NCBI GenBank assembly: GCA_016182555.1
Contig: JACPGJ010000008.1
Coordinates: forward strand, 386,555-450,554
Source of the DNA: Candidatus Kerfeldbacteria bacterium
GTDB lineage: Bacteria > Patescibacteriota > Patescibacteriia > UBA9570 > XYC2-FULL-38-9
Reading direction: 5' to 3'
DNA: 64,000 nt
The position numbers and the translations under genes were made by a program. Position 1 is the stretch's first letter. Each line of letters opens with the position of its first letter. Positions 17,354 to 27,221 of this stretch are shown in pieces. The notes under the pieces are model-generated. The model worked only from the letters and a program-made list of their open reading frames with translations. It was not told the origin of the DNA and did no database searches.

Positions 17354-17638
17354 TTAGAGCACCGCTTCCTTCGCTGCTTTCGCGACACGGAATTTACAAA
17401 CGGTCTTTGCAGGAATTTGAATTTGTTGGCCAGTAGCAGGGTTACGACCCATGCGTGCTTTTCGTGATTGTTTTACCATCTTTCCAAGTCCTGGCAATGT
17501 GATCATGCCAGCATCACGTACTTCGGTGTACGCAACATTCACGAGCATATCCCAAAATTCACCCACTTCTTTCTTGCTCATGCCAGATTTTTCTGCGAGC
17601 ATTGCAATGAACTGAGATTTTGTCATTGGCTTCTTCAT
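17354..17638 (-). CDS. hup: HU-family DNA-binding protein
   Basis: MTKSQF...LAEK, LPGLGK, RKARMGRNPATG..IQIPAK..KF. Confidence 0.95.
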   Translation of the reverse strand: MKKPMTKSQFIAMLAEKSGMSKKEVGEFWDMLVNVAYTEVRDAGMITLPGLGKMVKQSRKARMGRNPATGQQIQIPAKTVCKFRVAKAAKEAVL

Positions 17639-17784
17639 GGTTTTTTCTTAGTGATTAGTTATTTAACCCTCATATTGTACACGTTTTGTGAATAGCCGAC
17701 AAGTTTTTTGCCTGTGTATAGCCAAAATTAGATAAAATACCATAAAAACAGCCTAATATTAGCAAAATTTCATTTGCTATGCAT

Positions 17785-18081
17785 TTACACAGAATGAGTT
17801 GTCCCAGATTTCATGCTGCTACGCATATCCGTTTTATTCAAACCGCTACGTATCGCATCTACAATAATCAACAAGATAATTGCGCCAACCGTTGCCGTAA
17901 TGAAATCTCCCCAAATATTGTTTGGAGCGATGTCGAAATAACGGAAGACGATATTGCCAATCACTGCACCGAGAATACCCACCACGATATTGCCCATAAT
18001 ACCTAAACCGTGGCCCTCCACAATTTTACCGGCTATATAGCCAGCAACGAGACCAACAATAATTGCCCATAGAATATTCAT
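17785..18081 (-). CDS. GlsB/YeaQ/YmgE family membrane protein
   Basis: IIVGLVAGYIAGKI...G.G...NIVVGILGAVIG...GAIILL; GGAGGTG SD before ATG 18081. Confidence 0.85.
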   Translation of the reverse strand: MNILWAIIVGLVAGYIAGKIVEGHGLGIMGNIVVGILGAVIGNIVFRYFDIAPNNIWGDFITATVGAIILLIIVDAIRSGLNKTDMRSSMKSGTTHSV

Positions 18082-18227
18082 AATATTCACCTCCTTTCTT
18101 AATGATTTTAATGAAAAGTAGTATCTAAACTCAATCATAAATAGAAAAGATAAATAGAGATACAAAAAAATGGATAATATCTATTTTCATTTATTATCCA
18201 CTATGGCCGTTAAATATGAATATATGT

Positions 18228-19313
18228 TTATATATCGTGCAATTTTTTCAACATCATGGCTAAACCAAACTGAAGAGCATATTCAAACGATGCGGGGTTC
18301 ATGTCTGTTTGTTTTTGTATCGCATGCAAACGATATTCTAATGTATGCCGGTGAATACCTAAACTCTTTGCTGCACGCGAAACATTCAGATCATTATCCA
18401 ATAGGGCTTGTATTGAAGCAAATAACTGATCATCTTTTTTGTCCAGATGTTTACATACTAACTGCACAAAGCTGTTGGCGGCTTGAGGAGAAATATCGCT
18501 CAAAATAACGTACATGGGTATGGATTCATATAAAAATAACTGAGATTTTTTATACAAACGCGCAGCAATGCGAACCACATTTTTTAATGAAATAAATGCT
18601 GGTGACAACTGCTCAATAGAATAATGTTCTTCGCTTACTCCAATAATAATATGCGCACTAGCTAATTGTGGATGTGCATGTAGCTGTTTCAGAATATTGG
18701 ATGCATACACTTTCAGTTTCTGGCGCAACTTCGGTACAACAGAGCGCTTTGTTGGTGATAATTCCATCAATACCGCTATCTCTCCAAAACCTGTTGTATA
18801 GGTATACGTCATCGCAAATTCATTCATATATTGATTAAACACCTGTTGCACGAGCTGCAATATATCATCATTACATTTTACAGCCGGACTTATTTTTAAA
18901 AATGCATTGGCATAGGTATGCCCATTCGGAATATTAAATTTGTGTATAAACTCCACAAATTCATCTTTCTGTAAATCTCCATATAGCACATGTTTCCAAA
19001 ATGAACGCTTACTCTCTTGCAAGATACTCTGTCGTTCGTGGTTGACGTGCCTATCAATATCTTTGATATACTGTTCTATAATCATCTTTTCTCGCGGGGA
19101 AAGGGCTTCGTGGAGAACCGTATATCCAACAATGGAATTATTCGTTTGCAAAGGCAAAACCTCGATCGTGCGGTCTAATAAAAGAGTACTGATCTCTGAT
19201 GACAGTTCATGCGGCTGGGAGGCGAACAACACACGAGCGTTTACATCAATAATACTAAACTCAAACGGGAGGTGTTCGAATGTGTGCCGAATATGCTTGA
19301 TGAATAATTCCAT
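18228..19313 (-). CDS. PucR/CdaR-family transcriptional regulator
   Basis: C-terminal LNVSRAAKSLGIHRHTLEYRL..I HTH; IGVS in the degenerate GGDEF-like middle domain. Confidence 0.85.
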   Translation of the reverse strand: MELFIKHIRHTFEHLPFEFSIIDVNARVLFASQPHELSSEISTLLLDRTIEVLPLQTNNSIVGYTVLHEALSPREKMIIEQYIKDIDRHVNHERQSILQESKRSFWKHVLYGDLQKDEFVEFIHKFNIPNGHTYANAFLKISPAVKCNDDILQLVQQVFNQYMNEFAMTYTYTTGFGEIAVLMELSPTKRSVVPKLRQKLKVYASNILKQLHAHPQLASAHIIIGVSEEHYSIEQLSPAFISLKNVVRIAARLYKKSQLFLYESIPMYVILSDISPQAANSFVQLVCKHLDKKDDQLFASIQALLDNDLNVSRAAKSLGIHRHTLEYRLHAIQKQTDMNPASFEYALQFGLAMMLKKLHDI

Positions 19314-19381
19314 ATAGGTATATATACTCTAGTCTCATGAATTTCGGCAAGCTCAACTGTTGAAGTGTATCGTCCAGCTTA

Positions 19382-20401
19382 CTATTCATGAGTTCGATAT
19401 TGCTCAACTTCCGCCATCTCTGCAGCACGTTCTGCGGGAAGTTTCAAGGCAGCCATATATCCTTCGATGATTTCATTTTTTTCTTCGCCAGCACCTTCCT
19501 CAAACATCCATTCAATATGAAGTACTTGTGCAACGTGCTTCGGATCCTGCAATGCATATTGTAGCTGAACCCCCTCTTCCGTTATACGATATCCGGTAAT
19601 GAGGTAGTGAATATCGACATGAACATTTTTCCCGTGAATAGGAAATGAAGGGTTAAAATTCAGATAATCCACAATATCTTTTTCGGTGCCATAATCTGCA
19701 GTTTTTATTTTCGTGACAGCGGTCACCAGTCTACCGCTGACTCGATGTAACTGCCCATCATAGAATTCGGCAGTAAGCGTTGTATAGGAATAATAGCCAT
19801 CAACAACAACACGAACAATGGTTTTATTTTGAGTGGATTCCAACACATAATTCTTTCCAATCAGTAACTCCGGATGAGTTGCAATAAATTGTCGTATCAT
19901 CGACTCCTGTTCTGTATTAGTCAAATGTTTTTGATCTGAATAATCGAGGTATTTTACTGGAGTGAATAACTGAAATTCAAACATACTTGATTGATCGGGT
20001 CCACGAAATTCAATGTATGCACCATCCGTTCTATAGGTTATTCTGCCATCATCACTTTCTTCTATTGGAAAATTGAGAAATGCCGAATCAACACTTGCGA
20101 CGATAGGATCCGTATTCGATCGAGTCATTTCCATATACGTCATTTGATAGATGGGGAAAACCTGCGGCCACTCAAAAGTTGGTGAAAAACTATAATGCAC
20201 ATGTTTTCGAGTCCATTCATCAGCTACATAGATTGGATATGCTGTCGTTTGGTTGGTTTGTTCTGATATATTTCGAGTAACGATAACGCCAAGCACGGCA
20301 ATAAACACCAAAGAACTTGCCAATGCTGTTTTCCATTGCCAAGATGTCACAGGGGAATTTTTTTTCTTCATTTTTCTATCCATATTGTTTATTAATGCCA
20401 A
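19382..20401 (-). CDS. Single-TM anti-sigma-like protein, 5' end probably lost
   Basis: Short basic N-terminus, one TM and an extracellular domain, directly after an ECF fragment. The frame stays open upstream (APRPEWK) without an ATG. Confidence 0.5.
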   Translation of the reverse strand: MALINNMDRKMKKKNSPVTSWQWKTALASSLVFIAVLGVIVTRNISEQTNQTTAYPIYVADEWTRKHVHYSFSPTFEWPQVFPIYQMTYMEMTRSNTDPIVASVDSAFLNFPIEESDDGRITYRTDGAYIEFRGPDQSSMFEFQLFTPVKYLDYSDQKHLTNTEQESMIRQFIATHPELLIGKNYVLESTQNKTIVRVVVDGYYSYTTLTAEFYDGQLHRVSGRLVTAVTKIKTADYGTEKDIVDYLNFNPSFPIHGKNVHVDIHYLITGYRITEEGVQLQYALQDPKHVAQVLHIEWMFEEGAGEEKNEIIEGYMAALKLPAERAAEMAEVEQYRTHE

Positions 20402-20586
20402 TTTCCATTCCGGTCGAGGCGCGTCGCTGGAATGTGATGTTCAAATGCTTTCAAGAAAGTTTCACTGGCTAAATCTTCCGCAATTTCTTGCTGTTGATTC
20501 ACAGCAAAAAAGAGGAATCGATAAATTTCATCAATATGTTGTGTGTAGCGCTGTGCAAATAGCTGAGAATGATGATTCATGAACAT
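20392..20586 (-). pseudogene. ECF sigma factor N-terminal fragment
   Basis: F...Y.QH.DEIYRFLFF.V.....AEDLASETFLKA is the start of region 2; similarity stops abruptly after it. Confidence 0.75.
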
Positions 20587-20652
20587 GAGTCAATGGTTCT
20601 GCTGGTATATACGTTTGGGAAGCAGAAAGGTGTCACAGACGCGTTTATGCCA

Positions 20653-21225
20653 TTACAATGAACATTTTGTGTATATCCATATTTGTTTTTTGGAATACGG
20701 AATGTTTATCTCTTGCTTTGAAAAGGCTGGGTGATCCGGCAGTGGAAAGGTGTGACAGATGACAACGGCCCCCGGGCGTAATTCTTTAGCGAATTTTTCC
20801 AGCAGTTGTGGCATGACCACTTGAATCCAGTAACCCACCACAGCGTCGACATTCTGGAGCGAGTACGCAAACATATCGCCGGTGATAATCGTGGGTCTGC
20901 CCTTCTTTCGCCAGAAGAAAAAACGTGCACGAGCAAAAAAATTTAATGCACGGTTATGCTCAACTCCTACCAATTCCGCAGCACGATGACGCTTTCCAAT
21001 GGCCAGCAGCAATTCACCCGTGCCAGAACCAAGGTCCACAATTTTTTTTCTGCCGTCGAGTACTGGTAACCGCGCAATCGCTCGTTGCGGAACCCAGTTA
21101 CTTGGTGCATACGGAAGTGATTCATGAAAGAATAAAATAAATAATACGAGTCGAATAACAATTCGAAATAATACAAACAGCAAAATGAATTGCACGCCAA
21201 CAAATATCCACGCAATCCAATTCAT
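20653..21225 (-). CDS. Membrane-anchored class I SAM methyltransferase (paralog of 11638-12162)
   Basis: N-terminal TM, LPYAPS, VDLGSGTG, GVE, ELRPGAVVI. Confidence 0.85.
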   Translation of the reverse strand: MNWIAWIFVGVQFILLFVLFRIVIRLVLFILFFHESLPYAPSNWVPQRAIARLPVLDGRKKIVDLGSGTGELLLAIGKRHRAAELVGVEHNRALNFFARARFFFWRKKGRPTIITGDMFAYSLQNVDAVVGYWIQVVMPQLLEKFAKELRPGAVVICHTFPLPDHPAFSKQEINIPYSKKQIWIYTKCSL

Positions 21226-21238
21226 ACTTTATACTCCA

Positions 21239-21979
21239 CTATTCCACAATACTCTTAAAATCGAGACAACCTTTGTTCACTAGGTTTTGTGCAACATCAA
21301 AATTCACATTACTCGCTTTTTCAGCAATCGTATTTTTTAATGCCGTTGCCCCTTCTCCTGTTTTAAATACCTGTATTATTTGTTCTACTGTGCTTTGGGC
21401 ATTAGCTGTACTCGGCAAATCAAAAACATGTTCTTCGAAATTAATAACCACCAGTTTTGGATTTTTCGCATACTTCACCAAATCCACTGGGCTCGTGGGC
21501 AGTCCTTCTTCACCGTTAAATTGATATAACCCATACGCCAAAATCTTTTCGTGATCTTGCGTATCACCAAATATTGTTACTTTTTGTGGTGTCATACCCT
21601 TCGTCGCAAGCAACTTCTTGGCATTTGTCACACTTTGCCACAACATCAGCGAGCAATCGTCTCGCCATACCTGAACATTTCTTGCAGTAAGATCATTTTT
21701 ATCAACCACCGTGTTAAAATAATTCTCCATCACTGCTGCCTCAGAAGTATCTTTTAATGCGCTATACGTTCCCGTAAATATCACCGCATCTACATCATTT
21801 TTTTTATAGTTCACATACTCGACAACATCATCAATATAGGCTTTATACTGTTCGTTGGATTCCCCAACGATACCATACGCTGGCACAACCACCACATGTG
21901 TTTGGTCTTTTTTCAAGCACCCTGGAAGAATGATTAAAGCGACGGCAAGCACGAGGTAAAAACGTTTCATAGGTAACAT
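21239..21979 (-). CDS. Lipoprotein, possibly YdcF/DUF218-like
   Basis: Lipobox IILPGC; VIFTG...SEAAVM..Y resembles the DUF218 motif. Confidence 0.5.
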   Translation of the reverse strand: MLPMKRFYLVLAVALIILPGCLKKDQTHVVVVPAYGIVGESNEQYKAYIDDVVEYVNYKKNDVDAVIFTGTYSALKDTSEAAVMENYFNTVVDKNDLTARNVQVWRDDCSLMLWQSVTNAKKLLATKGMTPQKVTIFGDTQDHEKILAYGLYQFNGEEGLPTSPVDLVKYAKNPKLVVINFEEHVFDLPSTANAQSTVEQIIQVFKTGEGATALKNTIAEKASNVNFDVAQNLVNKGCLDFKSIVE

Positions 21980-22019
21980 AGAGATAATATTTTATTGTAC
22001 TATACCATAAAAAATCTCA

Positions 22020-24299
22020 TTATTTGAATGTGACCGTTCGAGAATGAGTACGTGTATATTCTGCGCGATCTTTTTTTGCTGGCTTCCACACAGCGCGATA
22101 TTTTCCGCGGGTTCCCACAGCAAACTGTATTTGCACTTTCCCATTCGCGTTTGTTTTTACGGTATTCACTAACTTCCATTTTCCTAATTTCTTTTTATAG
22201 ATACCAACAACACGCTGGTCAAGCGCTATGTTAGTGGTGGCATCTTTCAGTGTAACAGCAAGCACACGCTGTGAATGCTTTTTCACCGTTAATTTTCCAA
22301 GTGAGTGTGCGTTAAATACTCCACGGTCATTGCCAAATGTTAACGCATCAAACAACAATGCGTAGAAAAATTCTTGCTTCAACCCGGTATAATACACCCC
22401 CCAACTCTCACCTGCGTCACTCGATTTATAAATCACTCCATTTCCGGAATCATCATCTTGGCCAGCCATATACAATGTTGTTGGTGAGCTGTCAGCATCA
22501 GCAACAATGGTGTCTAAGTGGTTCACCTGTTCCAATCCATCGCTGATTGTTGACCACGTGGAACCGCCATCTGTGGATTTATACAAACTGCCTTCTGTCG
22601 ATTCTGCCTCTGCAGTGATAAACATTGTTTGCGAATCATTGGGATCAACAAGAATATCATTGATAACAATATTATTAAAATTCTCTTCCAACTTCGTCCA
22701 TTCATCACCGTCAAATGTATATACACCGGTTGGTTGCGCATCACCGCCAATGCCCACAAACAAAGTATCATTGTCACCAACCGCCAACGCAGTCGCGGGC
22801 AAATCATCTGTCAAATTCAAACTCACCCACGTCGCGCCGGAATCAGTACTCTCGAGAACGCCGCCGGTATCATCTAATGAAATACTACCGTTCATAAACA
22901 CGGCATAAAATGTATTTTTATCCACACGCGAAGGCATAATCTCCAACACTTGCCCCGAAAATTCAGGTGTTTCTGCGGCTACCCAGGTGGAACCGCCGTC
23001 TGTAGAGCGGTAGATCACCGCACTCATTCCGGCAATCAAGGTATCGTTGTCATTCGGATCAACAAACATGCTCGTTGGTGTGGAAGAACCATCTGGTAAC
23101 ACCGGGTATTCCCAATCTGGCGCATCATCGGTAAAATTCGTGGTGTGCGCAAGCCCACCATTCGCCGCAATCCACACCACATCTTTATTTTCTGCTTGGC
23201 TAATACTGTAGGTTTTGACTTGGGTAATCCCTTCCACCACATCCACCCAACTGGAGCCACTATCTGTACTTTTCGCCACGCCATACGGGGTATTGCTGAA
23301 TAACACCGTTTCGTCAGTTGGATCAATAAATATACGATCAGCAGATACGCGAGAATTCGGTGTTTCTGTGGCCATCTCTGTCCAGGTCGGTGTTTCACTT
23401 TGCGCATTGTCGGAATAATATTGGCTGATATATAACCGGCCATTGGTATCAAACGCGCCGATCGTTGAACCAATCCTATTCTCGCCATTCGTTAATTCCA
23501 ACCAGGCCACGCCGCCGTCCAAGGTATGGTAACTGGCGGATTCCGGATCATAGGATACCAGAACCAAATGATCGTTGTTGGTTGGATCAACCAATATGGT
23601 ATAAAACCGGTCACCCGTTGCCACGCCAGCAGAAGTCACATCCATCGTTGTCCAAGTACTTCCATCATCTGTACTCGTAAACAGATAAGATGTATCGGCG
23701 TCATTCAATACCGCATACGCCGCACCATCTTGCGCTACCGCAAAACTGGTGACATAGACACCACTCTGTTCTTCAGAAAGATCTACAATAACAGCAGCAG
23801 ATTGATCCATAGTCATTGACAGAATTCCACCGCCGGTCAGTGCCACATGTAATCGAGTATCTGAAATGAACATCGCTTCCGAAAGCAATGCGCTCCCTAA
23901 ATCCAACTCCATCACCTCCCAGTTCTCACCATGGTCAGTGCTTTTGAGCAAATCATCGCCAATCAACGCATACACATCACCAGTTGCCGGATCTACTTCC
24001 ACCGCATACGCCGCACCAAAATTGGTGTCATTCGGCAGACCTTGCCACGTTTCACCACCATCACTGGAATGAAAAATACCATTCGGACCACTAATGGCCG
24101 CATACACATACGCATCGTCATTTGGATCGATAGCGATATCGTTTGGTGGCCCGCCAAACAACCCTAAATTTGTTGCTATTGCTGTTTTTTGAACATCGGC
24201 CAATAAATTATTTGTCGCTGCTATCGCTGGTACGGTGAATGACATAACACCAAACTGAATACAGAAAGCGTTTATCAATATAATGAAGAACCTCCTCAT
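22020..24299 (-). CDS. Secreted BNR/Asp-box beta-propeller protein with basic C-terminal domain
   Basis: Signal peptide, many S.DGG.TW Asp-box repeats, Lys/Arg-rich last ~90 aa. Confidence 0.85.
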   Translation of the reverse strand: MRRFFIILINAFCIQFGVMSFTVPAIAATNNLLADVQKTAIATNLGLFGGPPNDIAIDPNDDAYVYAAISGPNGIFHSSDGGETWQGLPNDTNFGAAYAVEVDPATGDVYALIGDDLLKSTDHGENWEVMELDLGSALLSEAMFISDTRLHVALTGGGILSMTMDQSAAVIVDLSEEQSGVYVTSFAVAQDGAAYAVLNDADTSYLFTSTDDGSTWTTMDVTSAGVATGDRFYTILVDPTNNDHLVLVSYDPESASYHTLDGGVAWLELTNGENRIGSTIGAFDTNGRLYISQYYSDNAQSETPTWTEMATETPNSRVSADRIFIDPTDETVLFSNTPYGVAKSTDSGSSWVDVVEGITQVKTYSISQAENKDVVWIAANGGLAHTTNFTDDAPDWEYPVLPDGSSTPTSMFVDPNDNDTLIAGMSAVIYRSTDGGSTWVAAETPEFSGQVLEIMPSRVDKNTFYAVFMNGSISLDDTGGVLESTDSGATWVSLNLTDDLPATALAVGDNDTLFVGIGGDAQPTGVYTFDGDEWTKLEENFNNIVINDILVDPNDSQTMFITAEAESTEGSLYKSTDGGSTWSTISDGLEQVNHLDTIVADADSSPTTLYMAGQDDDSGNGVIYKSSDAGESWGVYYTGLKQEFFYALLFDALTFGNDRGVFNAHSLGKLTVKKHSQRVLAVTLKDATTNIALDQRVVGIYKKKLGKWKLVNTVKTNANGKVQIQFAVGTRGKYRAVWKPAKKDRAEYTRTHSRTVTFK

Positions 24300-24351
24300 A
24301 TATGCTTATAAAATCAATAGTTAATATGACTCCTATTATGATCCATTTCCT

Positions 24352-24780
24352 TCACAGATGCAATCTCAAAAATTTTTTTAGATAAGGATGTATGTAGTAA
24401 ACCACGAACATTGCGAGCAGCCCCCATATCAGCGCATGTATGGGGTCGGTGTAGCGGCCAAGTGTGAACGGAAAACCGCTATAATCCCATAACCGGCGCC
24501 CCAAAAACCATTCGCTAAACATTCCACCACTATATTCATACATGCCAGCAGTCACGGCATAGAACACGACCTGCTGCCAAAAATGCCATTTTTCAATAAC
24601 CGGATGAATCCAAATAATGGCGATAGCTGCAATGCCATACATTGGGCTAAATGGAATTCCTAATGCATTGCCTGTTTCCCAACGCATGTCGTAGAGTGAC
24701 CGTGTGGTTGAATCGATTGCCCACCCAAAAACACTATAGAAAATAAATGAAAAGAAAACCTCCTTTTTATTCATATACAC
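24352..24780 (-). CDS. DUF1113/CmpB-like putative ABC transporter permease
   Basis: F.FYSVFGW, PF.PMYG, EY..G......RLWDYS, WG. Confidence 0.75.
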   Translation of the reverse strand: MYMNKKEVFFSFIFYSVFGWAIDSTTRSLYDMRWETGNALGIPFSPMYGIAAIAIIWIHPVIEKWHFWQQVVFYAVTAGMYEYSGGMFSEWFLGRRLWDYSGFPFTLGRYTDPIHALIWGLLAMFVVYYIHPYLKKFLRLHL

Positions 24781-24885
24781 ATATTACAATATTTTCGTGA
24801 ATACAGAAAATACAATCGTATGCCGTATATCAATTTAGACAAGCGGAAAAATTTTTCCCTTATATTCCGACAACAAATTGTATAT

Positions 24886-24946
24886 AAAAAACGGTGTCCC
24901 GATAGGCAAACTCATGTGCAGTGAGTGTATGCCCCGAACACCGTTT
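24886..24946 (-). terminator. Long imperfect hairpin with U-tract
   Basis: Outer stem AAACGGTGT...ACACCGTTT, inner GGCA/TGCC and ACTCA/TGAGT; T-tract on the minus strand. Confidence 0.65.
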
Positions 24947-24955
24947 GACTACTCT

Positions 24956-25306
24956 TTACTCAGGTGGCACCTGAGAAGAGTGTTGATTGCGCACGAGGGC
25001 GAGCTGCCCTCTTTTTTCGGATGGGCCAGCACCCTCTCCGGGGATGAGCCGGAGAAGCGGTTTTGGTCTGGTGCCCTGTGGTTGTGATTCCATAGGGATG
25101 AGCCAACCGAAACCTGTTAATACCAGCCATGGTATTGACCCAAATCCAACCACCGTCACCGTTAACAATACCACCCGCAGGGAGGCCGGTGCGGCAAGTT
25201 GATTACAAAAATCGTTTGCTTCCTCCACCCCATATACAATATTTGCCCAAGCCATCCCAGCGATGGCCAAAAAAGCGATAAACGTAGCCCTATCGTAAAA
25301 CTTCAT
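24956..25306 (-). CDS. GC-rich two-TM hypothetical protein
   Basis: GGAGG SD before ATG 25306; promoter TTGACA-17-TATAGT at 25426-25398. Confidence 0.55.
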   Translation of the reverse strand: MKFYDRATFIAFLAIAGMAWANIVYGVEEANDFCNQLAAPASLRVVLLTVTVVGFGSIPWLVLTGFGWLIPMESQPQGTRPKPLLRLIPGEGAGPSEKRGQLALVRNQHSSQVPPE

Positions 25307-25512
25307 AAGCCCTCCACTTGCCCCATACACCACAATCACAGTGGCACGGGGGCATAAATTTTTCAAAAAACAGTTCCGCAACATTGCAGAACAGTACACT
25401 ATATTTCAAAAGTATTATTTTGTCAATATATATATGGTGATAATTATATGACAAAATATACTTGATTTATTTATTCAATATGCTATAATGTCATATATAA
25501 CATGACAAAAAT

Positions 25513-26271
25513 ATGATTTATTCAAAAGATCTTCAAACAATTGGATTTTCAAAAAACCAAGCAAAGGTCTATCTTGCTCTTTTTAATCTTGGGCAAGCGA
25601 AGGCATCCGCACTTATTGAAGCTACAGCATTGCATCGCAATCTTGTGTATACAGCCTTACAATCACTGGTGACGAAAAAACTGATTACCACCACCACAAT
25701 CCGCGGTGTTGCCTATTTCAAAATGCTTGATCCCGAACGAATTCTGAATGAAATTAAAATGAAAGAAACCGTCGCCCAACAATTCGTTGAAGAACTGCGT
25801 GCACAACGCAAACCACATGCGCAAGAAATTGTTGTATATGAAGGAATCGATGAAGTACGAAGGAAAGAATTAGAAAGTTATACGAATATGAAAAAAGAAG
25901 GAAGCATGTATTATCTTGGAGCATCTCCTCATTGGCATGAAGCCATGGGTGAACAACTGATACGTCAAATGACGCGTATCCAACGCGAAAAACAAATCAC
26001 TATTTATGGTATTGTCAGCACCAAAACACCAGAACTTGATTATTTTATGCATAATCGCAAACTCACGCACATTCAATATATTCCACACATCACTTCAGCA
26101 ATCAGTGAAACACAAATTCTTGCTGATCGTATCATGATTAAAACTTTTCTACCCCCTTACGCTGTTGTGGAAATTATCAACCCTGATATTGCCAAAAACT
26201 ACCGTGACTATTTTGATTTTATGTGGAAAGGCGCAAAAAATACAGTTGAACACGATATCACCACTGCGTGA
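25513..26271 (+). CDS. TrmB-family transcriptional regulator
   Basis: L...GFS..QAKVYLAL..LG...HRNLVY.AL..L wHTH; VYEG linker; effector domain. Confidence 0.85.
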   Translation: MIYSKDLQTIGFSKNQAKVYLALFNLGQAKASALIEATALHRNLVYTALQSLVTKKLITTTTIRGVAYFKMLDPERILNEIKMKETVAQQFVEELRAQRKPHAQEIVVYEGIDEVRRKELESYTNMKKEGSMYYLGASPHWHEAMGEQLIRQMTRIQREKQITIYGIVSTKTPELDYFMHNRKLTHIQYIPHITSAISETQILADRIMIKTFLPPYAVVEIINPDIAKNYRDYFDFMWKGAKNTVEHDITTA

Positions 26272-26307
26272 ATTCGCTCTCGATGAAGTTTATTCCGACT
26301 CACAATT

Positions 26308-27078
26308 TTATACCGGCCGTAATGTACCAGCAAATACTTGCCAAGCCAGTAAAGACTTGGCAACCAAACTCATAATAATGTAGACTTTCTCACCGTAGGT
26401 GTAGTCTTTCCACTTGCCTACCTTCTTGTACTGTAGCACCATATTCACCGCAAACGAGTTGAAGAAGAGAAACATTGAGAAGAAAATCCAATACACAAAT
26501 GTTGGCGCATGATGATCCGCATCACCGGAAAAAACTAAATAGCACGCAATCACGATCCACGGAATGGCGCCAGCAATGCAACCAAAAATGTAGGCTGTCC
26601 AATTGGTTTTTTTAGTCGATTGATTATGCAATTCCATCATCCAACCAAATAAAATCATCATCGCATTTAAACCAAACATGAGGAGTAAGCTAAAAACATC
26701 ATAGATGCCAACGAGCATGCCAATCACTACAATCATGAGCGACGAGCTCAGTGAATATTCAACCCAACGCGCATAGTTCGCGCCTTTTTTCAAATTCTTC
26801 ACATACCATTCATATATACCGGGTAATGACACCAATAAATGTGCCAAGGCCGACAGCGCAAAAAAACCCGCAACCAATGGTCCAACGGGTATTGTGGTTA
26901 ACTGCTGCAAATGTTGTTGCAGTGTAAATGTACGCGTATTAAAATTTAAAAATGCGGTCGTTAATGGCACTGCAAAAGAATTGCTCAACACCAGCACAGC
27001 CATAGCTTGTATGGCATGCAAGAAAAACATGACGATGTTCCACCGCCGAAGATTACGAAACGTTTTTGTATTTGGCAT
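26308..27078 (-). CDS. Heliorhodopsin
   Basis: LRRWN...FLH.IQ, SALAH, RWVEYSLSSSLM, FGWMME, F.SFAVNM.LQY, GEKVYIIMSLVAKSLLAWQ (retinal-binding Lys). GAGGAG SD before ATG 27078. Confidence 0.93.
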   Translation of the reverse strand: MPNTKTFRNLRRWNIVMFFLHAIQAMAVLVLSNSFAVPLTTAFLNFNTRTFTLQQHLQQLTTIPVGPLVAGFFALSALAHLLVSLPGIYEWYVKNLKKGANYARWVEYSLSSSLMIVVIGMLVGIYDVFSLLLMFGLNAMMILFGWMMELHNQSTKKTNWTAYIFGCIAGAIPWIVIACYLVFSGDADHHAPTFVYWIFFSMFLFFNSFAVNMVLQYKKVGKWKDYTYGEKVYIIMSLVAKSLLAWQVFAGTLRPV

Positions 27079-27221
27079 ACTCCTCCTCAATTAATTTAAT
27101 TATAAAATATACTATAGCATAATAGTAAAATATATTCCTAAAAATGGCTATCATACATTCGCATTTTCAAAATTCGATAGTTTAAAGGAGCGTCGGCCCA
27201 TATACTCGATTTCTTTTTCAT

